Shown here piece after piece: positions 33,049-42,786 of a DNA stretch of 64,000 nucleotides; position 1 is the stretch's first letter, and each line of letters begins with the position of its first letter. The stretch covers positions 558,001 to 622,000 of the forward strand of contig AP024664.1 of the NCBI GenBank assembly GCA_024346625.1, read 5' to 3'. Made by a program: the position numbers and the translations under genes. Source of the DNA: Williopsis jadinii. Lineage: Eukaryota. Below the pieces are notes generated by a model. It was not told where the DNA came from. It ran no database searches and saw only the letters and a program-made list of their open reading frames with translations.

Positions 33049-34224
33049 ATGTCTTTCAGAAACGCTTCCCTCAGAATTGCCCGCACTGCCGGTGCCTCCA
33101 TTGCTAAGAGAGCCTTGTCCTCTGCTGCCACTCGTCCAGCACTCAGAACCGCCACCAAGGTTGCCGGTGTGAGAGGTGTCAAGACCATCAACTTTGGTGG
33201 TGTTGATGAGGTTGTGTACGAGCGTGCCGACTGGCCAAGAGAGAAGTTGTTGGAGTACTTCAAGAACGACACCTTGGCCTTGATTGGTTACGGTTCCCAA
33301 GGTTACGGCCAAGGTTTGAACTTGAGAGACAACGGTCTTAACGTGATCATTGGTGTCAGAGAGAACGGTGCTTCCTGGAAGGCTGCCATTGAGGACGGCT
33401 GGGTTCCAGGTGAGAACCTTTTCCCAGTCGAGGAGGCTGTCAAGAAGGGTACCTACGTTATGAACTTGCTTTCTGACGCTGCTCAGTCCGAGACCTGGAG
33501 CACCCTTGAGCCATTGATCACCGAGGGTAAGACCTTGTACTTCTCCCACGGTTTCTCCCCAGTGTTCAAGGACTTGACCCACGTTGTCCCACCAAAGAAC
33601 GTTGACGTTATCCTCGTTGCTCCAAAGGGTTCTGGTAGAACCGTCAGATCCCTTTTCAAGGAGGGCCGTGGTATCAACTCCTCCTACGCTGTCTGGAACG
33701 ACGTTACCGGTAAGGCCCACGAGAAGGCCCAAGCCTTGGCTGTTGCCGTTGGTTCTGGTTACGTCTACCAAACCACCTTTGAGAGAGAGGTGAACTCCGA
33801 CTTGTACGGTGAGAGAGGTTGTTTGATGGGTGGTATCCACGGTATGTTCCTTGCTCAATACGACGTTTTGAGAGAGAACGGCCACTCCCCATCTGAGGCT
33901 TTCAACGAGACCGTCGAGGAGGCCACCCAATCCCTTTACCCATTGATTGGTAAGTACGGTATGGACTACATGTACGACGCCTGCTCCACCACCGCCAGAA
34001 GAGGTGCTTTGGACTGGTACCCAATCTTCAAGGACGCCTTGAAGCCAGTCTTTGAGAAGCTTTACGAGTCCACCAAGAACGGTACCGAGACCAAGCGTTC
34101 CTTGGACTTCAACTCCCAACCAGACTACAGAGAGAAGTTGGAGAAGGAGTTGGATGTCATCAGAAACATGGAGATCTGGAAGGTTGGCCGTGAGGTCAGA
34201 AAGTTGCGTCCAGAGAACAACTAA
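33049..34224 (+). CDS. ILV5: Ketol-acid reductoisomerase, mitochondrial
   Basis: IGYGSQGYGQGLNLRDNG, APKGSGRTVR, SDLYGERGCLMG and ACSTTARRGA motifs. ATG at 33049 begins a presequence. Confidence 0.97.
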   Translation: MSFRNASLRIARTAGASIAKRALSSAATRPALRTATKVAGVRGVKTINFGGVDEVVYERADWPREKLLEYFKNDTLALIGYGSQGYGQGLNLRDNGLNVIIGVRENGASWKAAIEDGWVPGENLFPVEEAVKKGTYVMNLLSDAAQSETWSTLEPLITEGKTLYFSHGFSPVFKDLTHVVPPKNVDVILVAPKGSGRTVRSLFKEGRGINSSYAVWNDVTGKAHEKAQALAVAVGSGYVYQTTFEREVNSDLYGERGCLMGGIHGMFLAQYDVLRENGHSPSEAFNETVEEATQSLYPLIGKYGMDYMYDACSTTARRGALDWYPIFKDALKPVFEKLYESTKNGTETKRSLDFNSQPDYREKLEKELDVIRNMEIWKVGREVRKLRPENN

Positions 34225-34599
34225 GTGTAGTTTGTACGCTGCGCTTTGTCTGTTTGTTTCTTGACGAGATGAGAACGGCGACATGCTGCCAATATCAAAA
34301 TGGCCATTGAATGGCTTCCCAATAACGATTGATGTTCTTTCCTTGTTCTTTGTATTTAATTTATTGCTTATATATGGGGGATTTATCCGGTTTTAAGATA
34401 AGTTTGCATTGTGGATATTTGTTTAAACGAAGAAACATTTCCACTCTATAAAGTCCGAGCTGTAGAACTCAACCACCTGGATGGTGGTCACTGTAATCAC
34501 CGCAATTGGTGCTTGAAACCCGTCTGGAGAGCCCCCACAAAGTGCAATGCTTGCCATTCGATGGAGTCCCTCACAAGGGCATCTCGGTACGCCCGCAAA

Positions 34600-34760
34600 A
34601 CACGTGATGTAGTGCGCGTACCGAGAATGTGACTACGTTTTTTCGCTTTTCGTGCCAGAGTGGTGTTTGGGTGTTTAAAATTTTCACTTTTGTTCGGGGA
34701 CACACGCGTGTACCGAGGGACCGCACAGCAGCGTTCGCAGGTTGGGGGGTGAAAAATTTT
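34600..34760 (+). promoter_or_regulatory. RPS1 promoter: Cbf1 box, Rap1 site, RRPE
   Basis: CACGTGAT at 34601, GGTGTTTGGGTGT at 34662-34674 and TGAAAAATTTT at 34750. Confidence 0.65.
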
Positions 34761-34841
34761 TGAAGGGAGGAGACTTTCTACCCTCAGTGCAAGTGGTGAT
34801 TCAGTTGATTGGTTGTTGTATTAACACACAGAGGGAACATC

Positions 34842-35612
34842 ATGGCTGTTGGTAAGAACAAAAGATTGTCCAAAGGTAAGAAGGGATTGAAGAAGAAAGT
34901 GATTGATCCATTCCAGAGAAAGGAGTGGTTTGACATTAAGGCACCATCCACTTTTGAGAACAGAAACGTTGGTAAGACCTTGGTGAACAAGTCCACGGGT
35001 TTGAAGAACGCTGCTGATGCCTTGAAGGGCCGTGTTGTTGAGATCTCCCTTGGTGACTTGCAAGGCTCTGAAGACTACGCCTTCAGAAACGTCAAGCTGA
35101 GAGTCGATGAGGTTCAAGGTAACAACTTGCTTACAAACTTCCACGGTATTGATATGACCTCTGACAAGTTGAGATCCATGATTAGAAAATGGCAAACCTT
35201 GATCGAGTGCAACGTCACTGCAAAGACCTCTGACGACTACATTGTCAGAGTGTTTGCCATTGCATTCACCAAGCGTCAAGCCAACCAAATCAAGAAGACC
35301 ACTTACGCCCAATCTTCTCACATTAGAGCCATCAGAAAGCAAATGACCGAGATCATCAACAGAGAGGTCCAGAATGCCACTTTGGCTCAATTGACTGCCA
35401 AGTTGATCCCAGAGGTTATCGGCCGTGAGATCGAGAAGACTACAAAGAACATCTTCCCATTGCAAAACGTGCACATCAGAAAGGTCAAGTTGCTAAAACA
35501 ACCAAAATTCGACTTGGGTGCTTTGTTGGCTCTCCACGGTGAGGCCTCTTCTGAGGAGAAGGGTAAGAAGGTTGCATCTGGATTCAAGGATGAGATCTTG
35601 GAGACTGTCTAA
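34842..35612 (+). CDS. RPS1: 40S ribosomal protein eS1 (S3aE)
   Basis: Begins [19 protein letters not shown]; uninterrupted 256-aa CDS. Confidence 0.98.
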   Translation: MAVGKNKRLSKGKKGLKKKVIDPFQRKEWFDIKAPSTFENRNVGKTLVNKSTGLKNAADALKGRVVEISLGDLQGSEDYAFRNVKLRVDEVQGNNLLTNFHGIDMTSDKLRSMIRKWQTLIECNVTAKTSDDYIVRVFAIAFTKRQANQIKKTTYAQSSHIRAIRKQMTEIINREVQNATLAQLTAKLIPEVIGREIEKTTKNIFPLQNVHIRKVKLLKQPKFDLGALLALHGEASSEEKGKKVASGFKDEILETV

Positions 35613-36169
35613 GGCTCTTCCTTATGAAAAAGCAAAATTTCATGGTGTTTGAACATTGATGATTATTGATGATTGTTGATGAGGATGGAGCGTGGGGGCG
35701 AGTGAATGAATAAAACTAAGACAGAACTGTTCCGGGGAACGAACTACGGCTTATAGTTCATGTTGAAGTCTGAAACTTTTCTACGTTACAGTACACTTCT
35801 TTCTTGTGTATTTATGTATAACTTTTGTGTGTGCGGTTGTTTCTTTTTCTTGAATTTAATGGTATATTAGAAATATAACTCTCTGGTGTGTGTCTATGTA
35901 GTATCAGCTCCATTTGCAACTTTACATGTTGACATGCAAGGTTATACGTCTTGGTTACATCGTGGGTGTGTTCCACCAAAAAGCCACACCATTTTGAAGC
36001 AGTTGAAGCGAGGAATGTGAAAGGAGGTGCCGGTATCCACACAACAGAACAGCTCGAAGCTAATGAACCCCCCCCCCCCAGGATCCGCAATTGGTTCATT
36101 ATATTGATGAGAGGCAACATATCGAAGACAAGCGGTTCACCTCATGAAGACCACATCCAAACACCATAC

Positions 36170-36254
36170 ATCACGTGACCCATCTTGGGAGTTCTTGCAA
36201 AAATCACCGGGGCAACGCGGTAACCCAAACAACCAAGTAAAAAAAAACTGTGGC
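36170..36254 (+). promoter_or_regulatory. Met4-regulon module: Cbf1 site plus Met31/32 site upstream of PRX1
   Basis: ATCACGTGAC at 36170-36179 and AAACTGTGGC at 36245-36254; TATAAAA near 36352. Confidence 0.7.
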
Positions 36255-36443
36255 TGTTTTTTCAAGCAATGCGTGCTTTTTCAGCAAGGAAAGTTCGAAT
36301 TCACCCACATGAACAAAGGGTAAAAACCGCTTTTAAAACGCCTTTAAAACTTATAAAAAAGGGGTGTATATTGTTTATATTCTGGGTTCATTTGGAGTTT
36401 TCATCTGCGATATTGCTCTGTTCAACAAAGAAAGGTAGAAACC

Positions 36444-37130
36444 ATGTCAATTCCAAAACCAGCAGACGGTACGCTTCGTCTTGGGTCAAAGGCCCCAAAC
36501 TTTTCAGCTGACACTTCCAATGGTCCAATTGAGTTCTACGATTACGTTGGAGACGATTGGGTTGTTCTTTTCTCCCATCCAGATGATTTCACCCCGGTGT
36601 GTACCACTGAATTGGGTGCCTTCGCCAAATTGCAACCGGAATTTGAAAAGAGAGGAGCCAAACTGATTGGGCTGTCTGCAAACTCCACTGAGTCTCACAA
36701 GGCTTGGATCAAGGACATTGATGAGATTACGGGGTCTAAACTCACTTTCCCAATCATTGCTGATCCAAACAGGGAAATTGCCCTGAAGTATGATATGATT
36801 GATTACCAGGATGCCACAAATTTGGATGATAAGGGTGTTCAGCTCACAATTCGTTCTGTCTTTATCATTGACCCAAAGAAGACCATCCGTTTGATCATTT
36901 CATACCCAGCTTCTACTGGTAGAAACACTGCAGAAGTGTTGAGAGCCTTGGATTCTTTACAATTGGGGGACAAGAATAGAATCACGACCCCAATTAACTG
37001 GGTTCCAGGTGATGATGTGATTGTTCATCCCTCTGTTTCTAACGAGGAGGCTAAGACTCTGTTCCCAAAGTTCAGAATCATTAAGCCATACCTTCGTCTG
37101 ACTCCTTTGACTGTTCCTCAGAACAACTGA
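36444..37130 (+). CDS. PRX1: 1-Cys peroxiredoxin (Prx6 class), no mitochondrial presequence
   Basis: FSHPDDFTPVCTTELG active site, YPASTGRN and TPINWVPG motifs. Confidence 0.93.
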   Translation: MSIPKPADGTLRLGSKAPNFSADTSNGPIEFYDYVGDDWVVLFSHPDDFTPVCTTELGAFAKLQPEFEKRGAKLIGLSANSTESHKAWIKDIDEITGSKLTFPIIADPNREIALKYDMIDYQDATNLDDKGVQLTIRSVFIIDPKKTIRLIISYPASTGRNTAEVLRALDSLQLGDKNRITTPINWVPGDDVIVHPSVSNEEAKTLFPKFRIIKPYLRLTPLTVPQNN

Positions 37131-40100
37131 TTTTGTTGTGTTATGCTGTGACGTCCGAGACGTTTGCTTTGTATAAGTGAGCCGGTATTATTGTTGTTTG
37201 GTTTTTCTTTTTATGTTCCGTTATTGTGATAAGCTGGATAGTTTCAATTGGGAATATGTTATGTTTTGTAATTTCGAGATGTGATCAATGTATTCAGAAA
37301 CAGCTGTAGGGTCACTAGTTGACGGCCGAAGTGGACAATTTGGGAGACCGGTGCTGTGGAACAGTACATCCGATTGTCTTTCTAGCGAATAACGGCACAA
37401 CTGTAGCGTCTTGTAATCAACACAATTGATTCTACAAAACGAAAACTCGGTCGTCGTATCTGTAAAGTGCAACGCCTAGAACGACATTAAATGCTGTTCC
37501 TATGTTCGTTTGGATGTCTGTCACAAATGTTTTTTTTTGTTCGCCTAGCCTTTCTTACTAAACTATTTCATGTAATTTAAGGAATGAGTTCATGTAAATT
37601 GACTGTTTCTGCACTGAGATATCTGGATGGTTCTCTAACATAGGAATACCCAGAACAGCAGTGTACATTCTCTCAATGGTAGTATGTGTGACCCTTGAAC
37701 TTTGATGTACTTAATTCAAAAATGTGTTATATCCAACAAAGGCAAATACTAAGGGTTTTCACACGGTAGTGCCATACAGCATGAAACGATGGCAATAGAA
37801 AAACTTGGAATTAGCAGAGAAGTTGATATTTTCAGTTCGGAGGACTCAGACATTCAAGACGTGAATGCATGCCCATTCCACGGTATTGGTGCAATAGAGT
37901 CGGTACGATGTCATATGACGGGGTGTCCCTTTCTATGTTGTGTTTTCCAAAATCGGCATAAGGATGTAATTCGTAACGTATCACTAATACTGTTTCTGTT
38001 TACTAGTGACAATATTACACGAAATAGCCGACATGGGAGGTATATAACTGCATCATGGTTTATGAGATCTGGACAGGAATGGATATTTGCCGTGTTCAAA
38101 ATTGCATCAAGGCAAGAATATGCGAGACTACTCTTGTATCATTTCCAAACATGCAATGCTATGCAGTGTACTGCAAATAGCATATGGTGTATACTCTTAA
38201 ATGTAGTAGTTATACAGTCGTGCTGTTCTCTGTCTCTAAATTGAACTGGTATTGGTTGATGATAAGGTTTTGAATCAGCAGCACATAAACAGCAGCATTA
38301 ATTCGAACTTATGGACTAAACGTGTATTTAGCCAATTAAATATGCCAATAGATCAAACGTTAAAAAGGATTGCAGGTCGAGGTGTTGTAGCGGAAAATGG
38401 GACCTATATTAATGCGGTGATGGTGAGGTTAGTGATCACATCGAGCTATGAGAGTTTACAGGGTGGGTTTTTGGTCAGGGGGAGCAAAACAGTACACTTG
38501 AACATAGACAAATGTACCTGTGATTTGCTCAAATTCACTGGTATCTGTATATAATAGCCCAGTACAGTGTAAAATGTAGTTAGACAAAGAGGAGAAGACA
38601 GTAGGCGGTCAACTTTAACTTACATGAAGGACATGAACTACGCTATGATGGAATCAAAAGAAGTAGACTAATAAACAGGAAATTAGCTGCTGATTCTCAC
38701 ATACTTGCAGCATTTGAAACCACCAAGTATGAAAATCTATAGAATGCCTGCCAATATAGACTGTGTTGTTAGTCTGATTGTCCTGGGAACGACCTACCTG
38801 GTATCTAAATCACTTCATGCTCCGAACCGAGCATAACTGAGGGTCACATGTCTTACATGAGAACGTATTGCCTTTTCTTTCCTATGAGATACTGTACAAT
38901 TTAATTAACTACTAAACCACTCATAACTCTATTCCACCATACTCCTAGAGTTGCGAGTAACAGGGCTCACAGTGAAATACATTACGAAACAAGGACTTTA
39001 TTAACCAGAGTGCATATGTAATGTAGGCTGGTCATTTCTAATGTGTACATATAGGTGGTTTACATGAACAGCCCTACGGGAACAAAGGAGCCACATATAC
39101 TTTGGTTTACTTCTGTCTAACAATCAGAATACCTGAATTTTATGAGCAACTCTGTTATAATCAGCTGACCAGACAATAAAGAATTATGATGCCTTCTGGC
39201 AAAAAAAATCTCGATGAGCAACAAATAACATATAATATAAGACAGACAAGTGAAACCAGAAGTTGGAAGTCGTTGAAGGAATGATGTCATCATTGATCAG
39301 AATCATTCACCAGGGCTGTTGCCCTTAAAGGCAAAATCTTGCACCCCTTTCACTTCTAGGGACAAAATGATTATTTAACGTTGCAACCAGTTAGACCTTA
39401 GCTTACGGTTAATCAGGTCTAGAGAAACTCATACCAGTAGCAGGAATAATTTTACCTACTGTACCGAGGAAGACCATATACTGATATCTGCGGCTACGTT
39501 AGTAGAGTGAGTATAAACTTTAAATATACACTTATAACTTGTTTGGGAAACGAATTTGGCTGTTACTTTTGTAGGCTCCATTCTGACATTGAAGCGTTCA
39601 ACACCATGTCAAAAAAAGGGCATCAAAACTTCTTGGGTGGTCATACATCTGCACATCAATGCACTGTATGCATAACTTTTGCAAGTTGGCGTAGAATGTA
39701 CTAATGTAGCAATCGTCCTCACTTGTGGTCAATAGCCTTTTAGCAAATGAACCTATGTAAGATGTGTATAATTGGGGGAGCTTTAAACGGAGGCATGTAC
39801 AACCAGCGAAAAGGTCTAATCTATGCAGCAAGAACGTGTTAAAAATCACATCATAAAAATTAAAGTATTTGTGTATATTTCAAGAGGGTGAAACACCCAG
39901 GAAAGGTGGTCCTGTTAGCAGATCTTCAAAGAAGCTATCTGTAATATAATTTCAATTCGCCCGCAATAAAGATGAAAATATTAACAATGATTCAGAAAAA
40001 CACACACAAAGAATCCATAACAAAGGGTAAACAGTAACTACTTTCAAACTCCTTGGTGATTGAGGGTTATAACATCTCACAGATAGTCAAAAAACACTTA

Positions 40101-40826
40101 GCAATAAAGATTGATATAATACGAAAAGAGCCACCTTACATTCGCAGTAAATATGTAGGAGTTTATACAGCATACCCCGATTTCTTTCCAGGGCTGGTAG
40201 AAGATCATATCTCTTCTCAGAGTTTTCCGAGTGAACATTACTCGAAATGCGCATACGTAAACAGACGCAGAGTGAATATGCATGTAGCTCTTTACATATA
40301 AAGGAGACGCTTCGTTTTAAAGGCCTGAAAGCGTACATATCTCTAATATTACGAATTCCACATATTTGAGAAAAAACACGGTGAGCTACTGCTGTAGTTT
40401 TTACATTCTCATTTACGATATAAGGGTCGAAATACTCTTGCTCTTCTTTAAAACGCTGTGCTTATTCGCCTATAATGGATCAGAAAAGCAGCAAGATGTG
40501 TGCCTCGCTAAAGCTGTTTGTGTGTTCGGGAAAGCTGTGCTGATTAGCAAATGTACTACAAGGCATATAAATTGTGGATAGCCAAAGATAATCATATACT
40601 GCTGACTCTTTAGTGTAAAGTTATCCACTACAGGCTCATCCTCAAATGTTTCCTTAAATAGATCGAGCCAGCGGTTTTTAATTTTAGGACGGGAGTATGT
40701 GTGAGATTACTCGCTAAAAGACATTCGATCATACACTGAACATTTCCACGTACAAAACCACAGACCTATTTTAGAGTGTGAACTTCTGACAAGCCAAGTT
40801 GAAGGTCGCTTTCTTTTTCAAAACAA

Positions 40827-40866
40827 TTTCCCTTTTCAAGAAGAAGGCGTGTAGAAAATTGCATCA
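40827..40866 (+). promoter_or_regulatory. a1-alpha2 (haploid-specific gene) operator with adjacent Mcm1-like box
   Basis: GCGTGT-AGAAAATT-GCATCA (40847-40866) fits the 20-bp TCRTGT-N8-RCATCA geometry. TTTCCCTTTTCAAGAAG (40827-40843) is a degenerate CArG/P-box. Confidence 0.7.
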
Positions 40867-41005
40867 GTTGACCAGAGCTGTATCGACATGCACGTAATGC
40901 AGCCATTCTACATGATATGACACAAGGCAAACCTAGGGGGGTGTTAAGTCAACTAGTATACATAATTCTGGAAGTGCCTATTGCCTTGGACCAACAGTAT
41001 TTAAC

Positions 41006-42353
41006 ATGACAGATGTTCCTGAAGTTTTAGGTGATATAGAAAAGGTAAGTGCTTTTTTTGTTTCACAAAGTGTTTTAAGGTATGAACTCTTCAGAAAGTA
41101 TCTATGATGACTATAGCACTGTCTTTTTGCAGTGGCCCGAAATGACAACAGAACAATTGTTTCTTGGTGATGAAGGTCGTGAAAGATCAACTAAGAAAAC
41201 GGATAAGGTTTGGAACACAGACCTTTTATCACACAGCTTCAAGAGTGACACCACAGAGCAACATGCGAATCCCAAGGAATTGGACTCTCTTCTAAACATC
41301 GTCACTTGGCCCATTGGTGGTGCTGATCACTCAAGTATGACATTACTCACAGAGGGCGTACAGATTAAAGAGGTCAAAACATCTTCTACACCATTGGAGG
41401 AAAGTGTTTATTGGGAGTCGCCATCATGGGTTGATACTATGGTCTTTAATTCCACAAGTACAACATGTTCCAATATCAGTTCAACATTCTCAACACCATT
41501 TTCTCCCAAGTTCTTACACTCTCAGGGCTCTACATTACAGAGGTCTCCAATAGGGGAGTCTCCGAAGTCTGACATGGATATTACTCAGGCACAGAAAATT
41601 ATTGAAGAAGGATCTTTGCTTGATCAAGACCGAATAGCGAGAGTTTCGAAGCGTGTCGTTGACGTTACAGAAGGAGAAGCCGATGCAATCGTTCACCTCA
41701 AAGACTATGCTTCAGATAAAGCTTTAATTTCCCCAGAAAAAGCTGGCTCTTTGGGGAGGGATAAATTGATAAAGCAAAATGCAACAAGAAAGCAAAGGGT
41801 ATACAAATCTACATTATCGAATACGTATGGAGACCATCAGAGCCATGTACCTATTGTGCCTCAATTAAAGGGAAACAAAGCCATCTGGAACAAGATTGAA
41901 GAGAAGAAGAAGAAAGGGTATTATAAGTGTGGACATTGTGACTCTACATTTACCTCGATGATGACCCTCGCAGAGCACATTGACGAGGAAAAGATTAAAC
42001 GTCCCTACAGATGCCCCTTTAATGATTGCCCATGGTCCATCCTTGGCCTTCCTCGACGTGCTGAAGTTCGCAGACATTGTGCGGCACAACATTCTACTTT
42101 AATTGATCCCACAAAGCTGATACCGGATGCTTCTCCAAAAGAGCCACTTGAATTTACAGAAGCTGAAAGCTATCAATGCTCTAGTGCGTTGTGTCAAAAA
42201 TGCTTCAAAAGACGTGATGCTAGATTAAGGCACGAGAAACTGGTTCACAATAACCCTCAATCACGGTTCAACAAAAGATTACATGGACTAAGGGTGAAGT
42301 ACAATACTGATGATGTCGTGGAGCTGGCACAGTTAATCGAGAAGCTCAAATGA
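41006..42353 (+). CDS. RME1: C2H2 zinc-finger regulator of meiosis Rme1; probable exons 41006-41044 and 41133-42353
   Basis: YKCGHC..F.....LAEH.D....RP..CP...CPW.ILG......RRHCAAQH plus a third finger are diagnostic of Rme1. Phase-0 intron 41045-41132 (GTAAGT...TTTTTGCAG). An alternative in-intron ATG at 41082 is in frame. Confidence 0.85.
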
Positions 42354-42786
42354 GTAATTTATTATAATCTATTTTATTAATAGTGTTTTTTTTTTTGATT
42401 TCTTTAATAGACTGTCATAATCTGGAAGTCCGGGGTCAACAGCGAATGAATAATGACGTCTACCGAAGTAATTGGACAACCATGTAACATCTCGGGTATG
42501 CAGAATCCCTTTCCTGCGTTGTAGTGTTAGCCATGAAGATTCTAATCCTGAGTCTACCATGACAACCAGCTCTTGTTGGTGATTTAATGGCGAGTTTAAT
42601 AAGAGTATGTAAAACACGCCAGGAAGGGTAGATTACGCAAGTTGTTGCTTCAAGTATGCTCGACATAGATTGTGAGAGTGTGCGAGCAAGCAGTGTCGTC
42701 TTATTCAAAACTAACCAGATTCAAGTGTTCATCATAAAAACATTATCTTTTAAATATATAAAGACACATGAGCATATAAAGCTTAA

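Noticed and set aside
33040..34284. 414-aa antisense ORF spanning ILV5
   Set aside because: Explained by strong sense codon bias (avoidance of TTA/CTA/TCA); no recognisable protein.
34785..34832. Possible 5'-UTR intron in RPS1 (TATTAAC...CAG)
   Set aside because: No convincing GTAAGT/GTATGT/GTGAGT donor upstream.
35655..35775. TGATGA...CTGA resembling a C/D snoRNA
   Set aside because: Lies in the RPS1 3' region within TGA-rich simple sequence; no recognisable rRNA guide or terminal stem.
36285..36310. GTTCGAATTC B-box-like motif
   Set aside because: No cloverleaf or A-box; not a tRNA.
37789..40581. Short ORFs in the AT-rich block, checked for pheromone-type CAAX ends and transposon motifs
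   Set aside because: No CAAX terminus, no recognisable domains, non-coding composition.
42369..42708. Short minus-strand ORFs between RME1 and the sugar porter
   Set aside because: No recognisable homology; lies in a convergent terminator region.
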